This document shows, piece by piece, positions 51,283 to 60,300 of a stretch of DNA of 64,000 nt. The translations under genes and the position numbers were made by a program. The stretch lies in the NCBI GenBank assembly GCA_039586795.1, contig JBDHJS010000006.1, positions 119,137 through 183,136 of the forward strand, in the 5' to 3' direction. Within the stretch, counting starts at the first letter, position 1; every line of letters starts with the position of its first letter. The notes below the pieces were generated by a model. The model was not told the origin of the DNA, searched no databases, and saw nothing but the letters and a program-made list of their open reading frames with translations. Source of the DNA: Gemmatimonadota bacterium. Lineage in GTDB: Bacteria; Gemmatimonadota; Gemmatimonadetes; Palauibacterales; KS3-K002.

Positions 51283-53042
51283 CGCTGCGAACGCGCTTAC
51301 GTCTGGCCTTTCTGGCGATCGTACTTCTACCCGTCGTCGGTTTCGCTTTGGGCGTGCGCAAGGCGATGAGCGACCGTCTGACGGCTCAATACCAGCGGCG
51401 CGTGGAAGCTCTGGTCGACGTGATACGAGATGACCTGAACGCGAAGAGCGAGGAGATCCGCCACAAGCTCGCGACGTTGGCCGTATCGGCCACGCAAGAC
51501 AACCGCTTGAGACTCGCGGCGGTAGACGACCTATCGTCGGAGCGAACCTACCTGCTCGACTATGCCGGCAACGCGATGCGTCTGTCGGGTCTTTCCATGC
51601 TGCAGATCCAGAACGTCAGAGGCAGGATTCTCAGCTCCGGCCACTTTCGTAACGAGTACGATCGGGTCGAGTCGGGCCTGACTCGCAGGCTATCGTCGGC
51701 GCCGGGTGGAGCGGCCCTGTTGGAAGCGCGCACGCCGGAAGGCCCGTTTCTCACCCTCGCCGCCGTCGACTCGTTCAGCGTGGGTGGTCGGCGATTCAGT
51801 GTGGTGGGCGGAGAAGCCGTCGAGCGAGGCTTCCTGACTAGGTTGGCACGGCAGGATGACCTGACGGTGTCGCTGATCTATCCCGGAGGTGTGCTCACAT
51901 CCCGTGAACTGGCCCCGACCGAGGCGGCAGGTGATAGTGCCGCGGCTGTAGCGTCCGGGGAAGTGATCGCTGAGCTCGCGGTGCCCTACATCGATACCGA
52001 GCGGACCGCGCTGACCGAAGCGCGGATCGTCGTGATGCACGGGCTGGGGGAGTTACAGGCGCTGCGTCGCGACGTCGACCGCTGGCTGATGGTCGGTGTC
52101 GGCGTCACGGCGCTGATCGCCTTCTTGTTGGCCACGTGGCTTGCATCTCGGATCAGCCGACCCCTGGCGGATCTGGCGGACAAGACAGCGCGGATCAACC
52201 TGGACCGACTGAACATCGATTTCCGCAGCGGCCGCAAGGACGAGGTCGGTAGCCTCTCCCGCTTGCTCGGCGCGATGACGGAGCGTCTGCGGACCGGGGC
52301 GGCGCGGCTCAAGGAAGCCGAACGCCGGGCGACGATCGGTGAACTGGCGCGCCAGGTCAATCATGACATCAAGAACGGCTTAATGCCGATCCGTAACGTC
52401 CTGCGTCACCTGACGCAGGTGGCGCGTGACGAGCCGGATCAGCTGGCCGACGTGTTCGAGGAACGGCAAGGCACCATCGACTCCAGCATCACGTACCTGG
52501 AGGACCTGGCCTCGAACTATGCGCGGCTCTATCCCCGTGTGCAGCGCCTCCCATGCGATGTGGACGTGGTCGTGCATGATGTCGTGTCCAGCGCCGGCAG
52601 CCGGGAGAACATCGAGTTGCACGCCGAGCTAGATGCGGGGGGCGCCTCGGTGGTCGGAGACCCCGTGGCGCTGCGGCGGATCGTGGAGAACCTGATCGAC
52701 AACGCCATCGATAGTCTCGGTGATGCACCGGGCTCGGTAGCGGTTGCCACTCTGATCGAAGATAGCGGCAACGGCACCCAGATGATCCGCGTCAGCGTCT
52801 CCGACACGGGGTGCGGCATGAGTGAGGATCAGGTCGCGCAGATCTTCGACGACTTCTTCACGACGAAAGAGAATGGTACCGGCCTCGGACTGTCGATCGT
52901 ACGGCGCCTCGTCCTGGACCTGAACGGTAGCATTCGGGTCGAGAGCGAGGCGGGCCAGGGGAGTCGATTCATCGTAGATCTGCCGGTCAGCGATACGGCG
53001 GCCGGATCGGATGCAAACTCGAGAGAGGAAGACGGCGCGTGA
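51279..53042 (+). CDS. HAMP-domain sensor histidine kinase
   Basis: Two TM helices, HAMP (SRPL..L..DEVG.L), H-box NHDIKN, N-box NLIDNA, DTGCGM, FFTTK, GTGLGL. Confidence 0.95.
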   Translation: MTLRTRLRLAFLAIVLLPVVGFALGVRKAMSDRLTAQYQRRVEALVDVIRDDLNAKSEEIRHKLATLAVSATQDNRLRLAAVDDLSSERTYLLDYAGNAMRLSGLSMLQIQNVRGRILSSGHFRNEYDRVESGLTRRLSSAPGGAALLEARTPEGPFLTLAAVDSFSVGGRRFSVVGGEAVERGFLTRLARQDDLTVSLIYPGGVLTSRELAPTEAAGDSAAAVASGEVIAELAVPYIDTERTALTEARIVVMHGLGELQALRRDVDRWLMVGVGVTALIAFLLATWLASRISRPLADLADKTARINLDRLNIDFRSGRKDEVGSLSRLLGAMTERLRTGAARLKEAERRATIGELARQVNHDIKNGLMPIRNVLRHLTQVARDEPDQLADVFEERQGTIDSSITYLEDLASNYARLYPRVQRLPCDVDVVVHDVVSSAGSRENIELHAELDAGGASVVGDPVALRRIVENLIDNAIDSLGDAPGSVAVATLIEDSGNGTQMIRVSVSDTGCGMSEDQVAQIFDDFFTTKENGTGLGLSIVRRLVLDLNGSIRVESEAGQGSRFIVDLPVSDTAAGSDANSREEDGA

Positions 53043-54397
53043 CGCTCGTTCTGGTTGTCGATGATGTGGCCGCGATGGCGGAGCAATACGCCTACGATCT
53101 GAAACGCGTGGGTGGCTATGACACGCTGATCGCCCCGGGTGGCGCCGAGGCGCTCGCGCGACTGGAGGGCGAGGCGATCGACTGCGTGATTCTCGACCTC
53201 GAGATGCCCGGCGTCGATGGGTTCGAGGTGCTACGCTCTATGAAGGAGCGGCGTGACGAGACGCCGGTCATCGTCTACACGGGCACCGGCGATTTCGAGC
53301 GCTGCGTGCAGGCCATCAAGCTCGGCGCCTACAGCTTCATCGACAAAGCAGAAACCATGGAGCGCGTCGTTCGCGAGGTGGAGAACGCCCTGGCCCACGT
53401 CCGGCTGGTCGCTGAAGTCGAAGCACTACGGAACGAGCTGGGGACCGATTCTCCGCTGCTCGGTTCTAGCCAGGCGATGCAGGAGCTGAAGGCGGCCATC
53501 GCCCGCGTCGCCGCTATACCCAGCCCGGTCCTGATCGTCGGAGAGAGCGGGTCCGGCAAGGAGCTGGTCGCCCGAGAGCTGCACCGCCTTGGCCCGGTTC
53601 CCGACCGGCCGTTTATCGCGATCAACAGCGCCGCTCTGCCGGAGAACCTCGTGGAGAGCGAGCTGTTCGGTCACGAGCGCGGCGCGTTCACCGGGGCCAA
53701 CCGCACTCGGAAGGGCGCCTTCGAGACCGCGGCCGGCGGCACGCTCTTTCTCGACGAGATCGGTGAGCTGCCGTTGCCCGCGCAGGCGAAGATGTTGCGC
53801 GTGCTCGAGGAGCGTCAGGTCACCCGCGTCGGCGGCGAGCGAACGATCGATGTGGATGCGCGGGTGGTCGCCGCAACCAATCGTGACTTGAGCGCGGAAG
53901 TCGATGCGGGGCGCTTTCGACAGGATCTGTACTACCGGCTGAACGTCCACGAGCTCCGCGTCCCGCCGCTCCGCGATCACCTCTCCGACGTCTCCGAGCT
54001 CGCCGGGCACTTCGTCACGACCACGTGCGCCCGCTTCGGCGTACGACCGAAGACGCTCGCCCCCGAAGTTGTTGAGCGTTTGATGACCCATCGGTGGGGC
54101 CAGAACAACGTCCGCGAGCTTCGCAACATCGTCGAGCGGATGATCATCGCCTGCGACGGCGACGAGATCACCGCGCGCCACCTGCCCCCGGGCATCGGCG
54201 GTGATCAATCGGTGACCCCGACCGACGGCGCCCGCACCTTCCAGGAACTCAAAGCCGAGGCGGAGCGCCAGATCATCGTGGCCGCCCTCGAACGAAACGA
54301 CTGGCACATCACCAACACGGCAAAGGAGCTCGGCCTCGCCGACCACGCCAGCCTCCTCAAGATCATGCGCCGCCACGGCCTCAAGCGCCGGGAGTAG
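53039..54397 (+). CDS. Sigma54-dependent response regulator (NtrC family)
   Basis: Receiver [45 protein letters not shown]-terminal Fis-type HTH. Confidence 0.96.
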   Translation: MTLVLVVDDVAAMAEQYAYDLKRVGGYDTLIAPGGAEALARLEGEAIDCVILDLEMPGVDGFEVLRSMKERRDETPVIVYTGTGDFERCVQAIKLGAYSFIDKAETMERVVREVENALAHVRLVAEVEALRNELGTDSPLLGSSQAMQELKAAIARVAAIPSPVLIVGESGSGKELVARELHRLGPVPDRPFIAINSAALPENLVESELFGHERGAFTGANRTRKGAFETAAGGTLFLDEIGELPLPAQAKMLRVLEERQVTRVGGERTIDVDARVVAATNRDLSAEVDAGRFRQDLYYRLNVHELRVPPLRDHLSDVSELAGHFVTTTCARFGVRPKTLAPEVVERLMTHRWGQNNVRELRNIVERMIIACDGDEITARHLPPGIGGDQSVTPTDGARTFQELKAEAERQIIVAALERNDWHITNTAKELGLADHASLLKIMRRHGLKRRE

Positions 54398-54449
54398 CGT
54401 GTCCGGGGGTACACGACAACCCTGACCGAGCCCGTGTCCACCCGGACAC
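54398..54449. promoter_or_regulatory. Paired palindromic upstream activator sequences (GTGTCC-N4-GGACAC type)
   Basis: GTGTCCGGGGGTACAC at 54399-54414 and GTGTCCACCCGGACAC at 54434-54449. Confidence 0.65.
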
Positions 54450-54473
54450 ATTCCGCACCCCGCAAATCGGACA

Positions 54474-54508
54474 ACACCCCTCACCCCTCACCCCTAACCC
54501 CTTACCAA
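54474..54508. repeat. 7-bp tandem repeat (WMACCCC)x4; G-quadruplex motif on minus strand
   Basis: ACACCCC TCACCCC TCACCCC TAACCCC TTACCAA. Confidence 0.75.
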
Positions 54509-54547
54509 TAATACACTTACAAGCCTAGCCGTTCATCGTGCGCCAGA

Positions 54548-54565
54548 TTGGCCCCGCGAATGCCT
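54548..54565 (+). promoter_or_regulatory. Sigma54 (-24/-12) promoter
   Basis: TTGGCCCCGCGAATGC: GG at 54550-54551, N10, GC at 54562-54563; about 100 bp downstream of the palindromes. Confidence 0.65.
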
Positions 54566-54631
54566 CTGTTGGCGGGCGAAGGAGGAGCCCACGGGCGCCC
54601 CGAGGGGCGCGCAACCGGAAGGAGCCAGGCG

Positions 54632-55750
54632 ATGAACGGATTGAAGAATCGGAGTGAGGTGGTGTGGAGCGTCGCGGCGCTGGCGCTGCTTTTTCTGTTG
54701 CCGCTGTTCGGGGTTGCATGCGGTGGTGACGAGGAGAGGCAGGAAGCGGAGCGCACGGCCCAGCTGCCCCCGAAGATCGAGTTGCCGCCGCCGGCGGTAG
54801 TGGAACCAGAAAAGCCGGAGGTGGAAGAGGTGGAGCCGGCCTTCGTCGAGCCGGAACCGCCCCGCGAAGTGACGTACTCAGAAGCCGAGGCGGTGTTCCT
54901 GGATCGTCGCTACGACGAGGCCGCGGAGATGTTTGTCATCTACACCGAGCGCAAAGCGGAGAACCCCTGGGGCTTCTACATGCTGGGACTTTCGGCGTGG
55001 AAGTCGGATCAGCACGGACTGGCTGAGGATGCGTTTCAGCGGGCGCTGGAGTTGGATCCTTATCACGTGAAGAGCTGGATCAATCTGGGTCGTGTGCTGC
55101 TCGATCAAGAGCGGTCGGAAGAAGCACTGGAGATGATCAACGAAGCGCTGGCCCTCGAGCCCGAGTCGAGCGTTGGGTTCCGTTGTCAGGGCCGGGCGTT
55201 TCACCAGATGGACATGCTGGACGATGCCGTCGATTCGTATCGCCAGGCGATATTGATCGACAACGAGGACGTCTGGTCGATGAACAACATGGGGCTGATC
55301 CTCATCGAGCAGGAGCGGTTCGACGAGGCGCTGGCGCCGCTGGCCCGTGCCGTCGAGATCGACCCCCAGATCCCGATCTTTCATAACAACCTTGGCGTGG
55401 CGCTGGAGCGGACCGGTCATTTCCGGGCTGCCGAAGATGCGTTTCGCGCGGTGCTCGCCCTGGACGAGAGCTATCTGAAGGCGGAGATCAGCCGGGCTCG
55501 CGTCGAAGGGTTGGTCGAGGATCCGAACATGCTCCCGGTAGACCTCGCGGAGCTCGCACAGAGTTTCGTGGATGAAGTGGAAGGCTGGAGTGAGGCGGTG
55601 GCCTACCGGGAGTGGCCTGACTTCGAGGAGGAACTGCCCGAGGTCGAGGCGATCGTGGTGAGTATCATCGATACGACGGTCGTGGACACGATTCCTGTTA
55701 CGCCGGAGCCTGAGGACACTACGAAGGCTGAAGGTGGGGGAGGGGAGTAG
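54632..55750 (+). CDS. Tetratricopeptide-repeat lipoprotein
   Basis: AAGGAG RBS, lipobox GVAC, Pro/Glu linker, about 6 TPRs (ALELDP..SWINLG, NNMG, NNLG). Confidence 0.88.
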   Translation: MNGLKNRSEVVWSVAALALLFLLPLFGVACGGDEERQEAERTAQLPPKIELPPPAVVEPEKPEVEEVEPAFVEPEPPREVTYSEAEAVFLDRRYDEAAEMFVIYTERKAENPWGFYMLGLSAWKSDQHGLAEDAFQRALELDPYHVKSWINLGRVLLDQERSEEALEMINEALALEPESSVGFRCQGRAFHQMDMLDDAVDSYRQAILIDNEDVWSMNNMGLILIEQERFDEALAPLARAVEIDPQIPIFHNNLGVALERTGHFRAAEDAFRAVLALDESYLKAEISRARVEGLVEDPNMLPVDLAELAQSFVDEVEGWSEAVAYREWPDFEEELPEVEAIVVSIIDTTVVDTIPVTPEPEDTTKAEGGGGE

Positions 55751-55757
55751 TGGCTCC

Positions 55758-55783
55758 GAGCAGGAGCAGCAGGAGCAGGATAG
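55758..55783. repeat. Single-arm GAGCAG hexamer array
   Basis: GAGCAG GAGCAG CAG GAGCAG GATAG just after the TPR gene stop. Confidence 0.55.
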
Positions 55784-55837
55784 GACGGGGGCGGGTGTGT
55801 TACTGTGATGCGGGACAGGCGACTTAGCCCCCATAAC

Positions 55838-55875
55838 GCGAGATGCGGCCGACTCTCCTCCCGGCCGCATCTCGC
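55838..55875. terminator. Perfect 14-bp stem-loop between convergent genes
   Basis: GCGAGATGCGGCCG-N10-CGGCCGCATCTCGC; no clear U tract. Confidence 0.55.
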
Positions 55876-55900
55876 ATCACTTTCCGCCTACCACCCACCA

Positions 55901-56227
55901 CTAAACCGTCGCCCGACGAATCTTCCGTTTTAGCCGCTTGATCTTCTGGCGACTATCAAGCATCGTCTCGCGGTCGCCCGACGCTAGGGCCTCGTCGCGC
56001 TTCACTTTCAAGGCGCGGATCTGGCTCTTCATCTTCGCTTTGTCGATTCCGACCACGTTGTGGTGCGCGTGATCCTCGATGCCCAGAACCTTGCACAGCT
56101 TTGGCAGCAGGTCCTCTTTGTGCATCGTCAGGAAGCCGTGCAGCTCGTCGTGATCGCCCATTTCCTCGGCGATCTTGCGCAGCTGAGCCACCGGCTTCTT
56201 GTGCAGTTCGTCCCACGTGTACGTCAT
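55901..56227 (-). CDS. Small basic protein with Rho N-terminal-like helical motif and C-terminal coiled coil
   Basis: GGAGG RBS; ELHKKPVAQLRKIA..MHKEDL pattern; Lys/Arg-rich C-terminus. Confidence 0.7.
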   Translation of the reverse strand: MTYTWDELHKKPVAQLRKIAEEMGDHDELHGFLTMHKEDLLPKLCKVLGIEDHAHHNVVGIDKAKMKSQIRALKVKRDEALASGDRETMLDSRQKIKRLKRKIRRATV

Positions 56228-56473
56228 CCGTTGCCTCCCAAAGACGCTCGATTCCAGCCGTCCGCCAAAACTTCGAAGGTCTGGATGATGCTCGATTCCA
56301 CCCCGGGATTCAAGGGTCGGCCAGGCCGCCCACTGGCCCGAAAGACGAACAACCGGGGTTAGCAGCGTCTCGTTTTGCCTGCGTGCCGCCACCGGCGGGG
56401 CGTGCTACATTCCTTCCCCGCCACACGAGCGTCCACCGAATGTCGAACCGGAAGAACACGGAGGCCGGTCGCT

Positions 56474-58237
56474 ATGAATTATCGGCTCTATCGCACACAG
56501 ACTTCGCTGTTTGCCGGATATGGAATCGCTTTGCTCATGTCCTTCGTCGCAGCTGGCTGCGCGGTCGACTCAGGCGAGGCGGATCTGCTGTTGGTGAACG
56601 GTCGTGTCTACACGTTCACCTGGGACGATCCTGCCGTCGACGGAACCCCGGCGGTGAACGCGCCCTACGACGCCGACGGCTGGCACCCCGACGCCGAGGC
56701 CGTCGCGATCTATGGCGGTGAGATCCTGTTCGTTGGCAGCAACGATGCGGCGGAAGCGTACCGCGGCAGCCGGACCGAGGTGATCGATGTCAACGGGGCG
56801 ACGATCTTGCCGGGCTTCGTGGACTCGCACACCCACATCGCGGGACTTGGCGCCAACCTGGAGCGGGTCAACCTGGTGGATGTCACGACCGAGGAAGAAA
56901 TGGTGGAGCGCGTCGTCGCCCGGGCGGCAGAAGTGGAGCCGGGCGACTGGATCATCGGCTGGGGTTGGGACGAGGGAGCGTGGGCGGATCGCTACCCGGA
57001 CAACCACATGCTCAGCGAGGCGGTCCCCGACAACCCGGTAGTCCTGAGTGGCCTTCACGGGTTCGCCGCACTGCTGAATCGAAAGGCGCTCCAGTTGGCC
57101 GGCATCACCGGGTCAACAGAGTCGCCCGTAGGCGGTGAGATCCGGTTGGACTCGAGCGGTCAGCCGACGGGCATACTCGTCAACAACGCCACCGACCTGC
57201 TGGATGAGGCGCTGCCGGAGATCACGCAAGAGCAGTTGGAGACGCGGGTCTTGGTCGGGCTGGAAGCGATGGCGGCCTCGGGTTACGTGGCGATCCACGA
57301 AGCCGGCGCCGGTGCCGATCTCATGGCCGCGTTCGGGAACATGGAGCGGACCGACCGCTTGCCGATCCGGGTCTACGCGATGCTGAGCGGAAGCGATGAG
57401 CCGCTGCTCCGCGAGTGGCTGGAGCGCGGTCACGAGACCGAGCCGGAAGGGATGCTTTACACCCGGTCGGTGAAGGCGTTCTACGACGGCGCGCTCGGTT
57501 CACGCGGCGCCAAGCTCCTGGAGCCGTACTCCGATATGCCCGGTCACACGGGCGTCAGCGGAGACGAGTATGGCTTCAACGAGGAGATGATCGCCGAGAT
57601 GATAGCCGCCGGTTTCCAGGTCTGCACCCACGCCATCGGTGATGCGGGCAACCGGGAGACGCTCGACTTCATCGAGGCTGTCTACCAACGCCACCCCGAC
57701 GCCCGGAACAGCCGTCACCGAGTCGAGCATGCCCAGGTCGTCCATCCCGATGACTTCGAGCGGTTCGCCGATCTCGATCTCATCGCGTCGATGGAGCCGC
57801 CGCACGCCGTGGAGGACAAGACGTGGGCCGAAGATCGCCTCGGGCCCGAACGGGTGAAAGGCGCCTACGCCTGGCGGACCATGCGGAGGCAAGGGGTCCC
57901 CCTCACCTTCAACTCCGACCTCGCCGGCTCCGATCACGACATCTTTTACGGACTCCACGCGGCGATCACCCGCCGCGACAAGGAGATCGAACCGCCGGGC
58001 GGCTGGTACCCAGAGCAGAAGATGACGGCGGAGGAAGCGGTGCGCGGCTACAGCGTCTGGTCCGCGTACTCGGCGTTCCTCGAGGACTACAGCGGCGTCC
58101 TCGAGGCGGGTCGTTGGGCCGATATCACGGTGATCGACATCGACCCCATGGTTGTCGGCAGCACCGAGCCCGAGCGGCTATTCGAAGGCTCGGTCTACAT
58201 GACGATCGCCGGCGGAGAAGTCGTGTATCGAAAGTAA
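56474..58237 (+). CDS. Amidohydrolase 3 family (YtcJ-like) lipoprotein
   Basis: Lipobox AAGC; PGFVDSHTH, KAFYDGALGSRGA, HAIGD, RVEHAQ, FNSD. Confidence 0.92.
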   Translation: MNYRLYRTQTSLFAGYGIALLMSFVAAGCAVDSGEADLLLVNGRVYTFTWDDPAVDGTPAVNAPYDADGWHPDAEAVAIYGGEILFVGSNDAAEAYRGSRTEVIDVNGATILPGFVDSHTHIAGLGANLERVNLVDVTTEEEMVERVVARAAEVEPGDWIIGWGWDEGAWADRYPDNHMLSEAVPDNPVVLSGLHGFAALLNRKALQLAGITGSTESPVGGEIRLDSSGQPTGILVNNATDLLDEALPEITQEQLETRVLVGLEAMAASGYVAIHEAGAGADLMAAFGNMERTDRLPIRVYAMLSGSDEPLLREWLERGHETEPEGMLYTRSVKAFYDGALGSRGAKLLEPYSDMPGHTGVSGDEYGFNEEMIAEMIAAGFQVCTHAIGDAGNRETLDFIEAVYQRHPDARNSRHRVEHAQVVHPDDFERFADLDLIASMEPPHAVEDKTWAEDRLGPERVKGAYAWRTMRRQGVPLTFNSDLAGSDHDIFYGLHAAITRRDKEIEPPGGWYPEQKMTAEEAVRGYSVWSAYSAFLEDYSGVLEAGRWADITVIDIDPMVVGSTEPERLFEGSVYMTIAGGEVVYRK

Positions 58238-58247
58238 TGGCGCGTCG

Positions 58248-60053
58248 TCATCGTTCGTCATAGAAACGCCAACTCGCTTCGTAGTCACGCGTCAGCGGCA
58301 ATCCCGCGATGCGGGCACGCACCAGCTCCACCGGCATCCGGCCGCCCAGCATCACGGCGTCGTGGAAGTCGCGGGCCGTCATGCGGCCGGAGTCCACCAG
58401 CTCGTTGTGGAGCGCGTAGAACTGTAAGCCGCCGATCAGGTACGCGATCTGGTAGAGCGGCGAATAGACCGCGCTGCGGCGCACTTCGGCTTCCGCGTTT
58501 GCCTGCTCGTGGCCCACTCGCTCCACTAGGAAGTCGATCGCCTGCTGCGGCGTCCAGTTTCCCAACTGCCAGTTCAGCGAGAAAACGATGCGGGCCGCCC
58601 GGTGCAGCCGCCAGAACAGCATCCCGATCCGGTCCTCGTTGCTGCGTGGGAAGTCGTTGTCCCACAATAGCAGTTCCCAATAGAGAGCCCACCCCTCGCC
58701 CCAGAACGGCGTGCCGGGACGGTGCCCGTTGAAGCGACGGGTCATGAAACCTTGCAGATGATGGCCGGGGATCAGCTCGTGGTGCACGGTCGCGAAGTTG
58801 AACGACGGCGTGTTCCCCCGCATGCTCATCAACTTGTCCTCGTGGGTCATCCCCGCCGTCGGGTAGGAGACACGGGTCGTCTCGCCGCCGCTGAAGAACG
58901 GATTGCGAAGCTGCGCCTCCGGCGTCTGCATGGCCAGCCGCCAAACCTCCCTGGCCAACGGCGGCATGGTGATCGCATCCATCGTCGCGACGAAGTCCTC
59001 CGAGTACTCGGCGATCTCGAAGATCACCCACGGCTTCTCGCCGGGCGGCGGGGCTAGCGTCTTCACGTACTCCAGCGCCGCCTGCCAGTCATCGCCGAAC
59101 CCCATCGCGTTCGACACGGCCCGGAACTCGGCTTCGGTTCGCTCGAACTCGGCCCAGCCGATCTCGATGAGCTCTTCCGCGGTGTACGGGATCATCTCCA
59201 CCGCGAGGTAGGCCCGCAGTCCGTCCTCGAGCACGGGGTCGCCGACGATCGGCGCGTCGCCGCCGGCAAGCGTCCCGACCAGGTGCTTCTCGATCGCCGC
59301 CGAATACGATTCCAGCGCGGTGTGCAATCGATCGTGCGGTTCCGTCACCCACCACGTGTACATCGGGTCATAGCCGGAATAAAAGGTATCGAAGTCATCC
59401 ACCGCTCTCTGCAGATGACGCACGTAGCTGGCCGCTCGCGCCGCCACCGCCGGCGTGTAGTCGGCCCCGTCTTCACTCTGCGCTGCATCCGCCAGACCCC
59501 GGGTGAGCTCATCGACCTCGGCCGCCACGTCGTTCAGGGTCTCCGCCGTCTGTCGCGGGTCCGCTCGAACCCGGTCGTATCGCCTCTCCGGCAGTTGGCG
59601 CAGCCGCTCCGCAAACGGAAACAGCGGCGCGATCTCCGCCCCACGCACTTCTTCCAGTCGCAGCATCTCCCGATCGAAGCGGATCCGGTTGCGTAGCAGG
59701 ATGTAGTCGATTCTGCCCTCCTGGCTCAGCCCGTCGAAGTCGAGTTCCGCCAGCCGCGCCTGCCATGCCCGGTAGAATTCGTCCAGCCGCGCCTGACGCA
59801 CCGGCGAGTACTCGATGGGGTAGCGGCGGTTCAAAGCGGCGAGGTCCAGGCTGTAGCGCTCTAGCACGACTCGCAGCTCGCTCTCGTTCCGAGCGTGTTC
59901 GACGAGGGCCGACAGGACCGGCGGATCGGCGGCCCACCCGTCGGTCGCTGATGGAGTCGACTCCTGAGCCGTGAGTCCTGCGGGCACCATGATAAGCAGC
60001 ACCGCAGCGCCGGCGGCGAGTCGCGCGACGAGTGCATTCCAGTGGCGATCCAT
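58248..60053 (-). CDS. DUF885 family protein (putative exported metallopeptidase)
   Basis: Signal peptide; HHELIPGHHLQ, EGWALYWE, RAARI, AY..GGL, FHD.V. Confidence 0.88.
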   Translation of the reverse strand: MDRHWNALVARLAAGAAVLLIMVPAGLTAQESTPSATDGWAADPPVLSALVEHARNESELRVVLERYSLDLAALNRRYPIEYSPVRQARLDEFYRAWQARLAELDFDGLSQEGRIDYILLRNRIRFDREMLRLEEVRGAEIAPLFPFAERLRQLPERRYDRVRADPRQTAETLNDVAAEVDELTRGLADAAQSEDGADYTPAVAARAASYVRHLQRAVDDFDTFYSGYDPMYTWWVTEPHDRLHTALESYSAAIEKHLVGTLAGGDAPIVGDPVLEDGLRAYLAVEMIPYTAEELIEIGWAEFERTEAEFRAVSNAMGFGDDWQAALEYVKTLAPPPGEKPWVIFEIAEYSEDFVATMDAITMPPLAREVWRLAMQTPEAQLRNPFFSGGETTRVSYPTAGMTHEDKLMSMRGNTPSFNFATVHHELIPGHHLQGFMTRRFNGHRPGTPFWGEGWALYWELLLWDNDFPRSNEDRIGMLFWRLHRAARIVFSLNWQLGNWTPQQAIDFLVERVGHEQANAEAEVRRSAVYSPLYQIAYLIGGLQFYALHNELVDSGRMTARDFHDAVMLGGRMPVELVRARIAGLPLTRDYEASWRFYDER

Positions 60054-60300
60054 TGCAGTGCCTCCTTGGGAGTGAGGGTCTCCCGAATCTTTCATGAGTC
60101 TGACCGGCGCGCAAACGCGAGCTTCTAGCGCTGTTTGGAAATAGCAGTCGTAGGCCCCGGAGCGTCTGAGCCCCGGGGCCTCTCGCGAATCAGACAAGCT
60201 GGCGAGTCATTCGGATTCAGTGTAGAATCGTCTTTCGCTTTTTGCGCACCTTTTGAGGAGCGGTGTCTCGTCGACCGGCTGATGCACCGCCAAGCACGTC

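Noticed and set aside
54400..54630. Replication origin suggested by the C-to-G skew flip
   Set aside because: The flip appears local, with no DnaA boxes or dnaA/dnaN neighbourhood.
60054..60300. Riboswitch upstream of the cation-chloride cotransporter
   Set aside because: One GC hairpin (60152-60181) but no consensus of a riboswitch class I can recognise; needs an Rfam scan.
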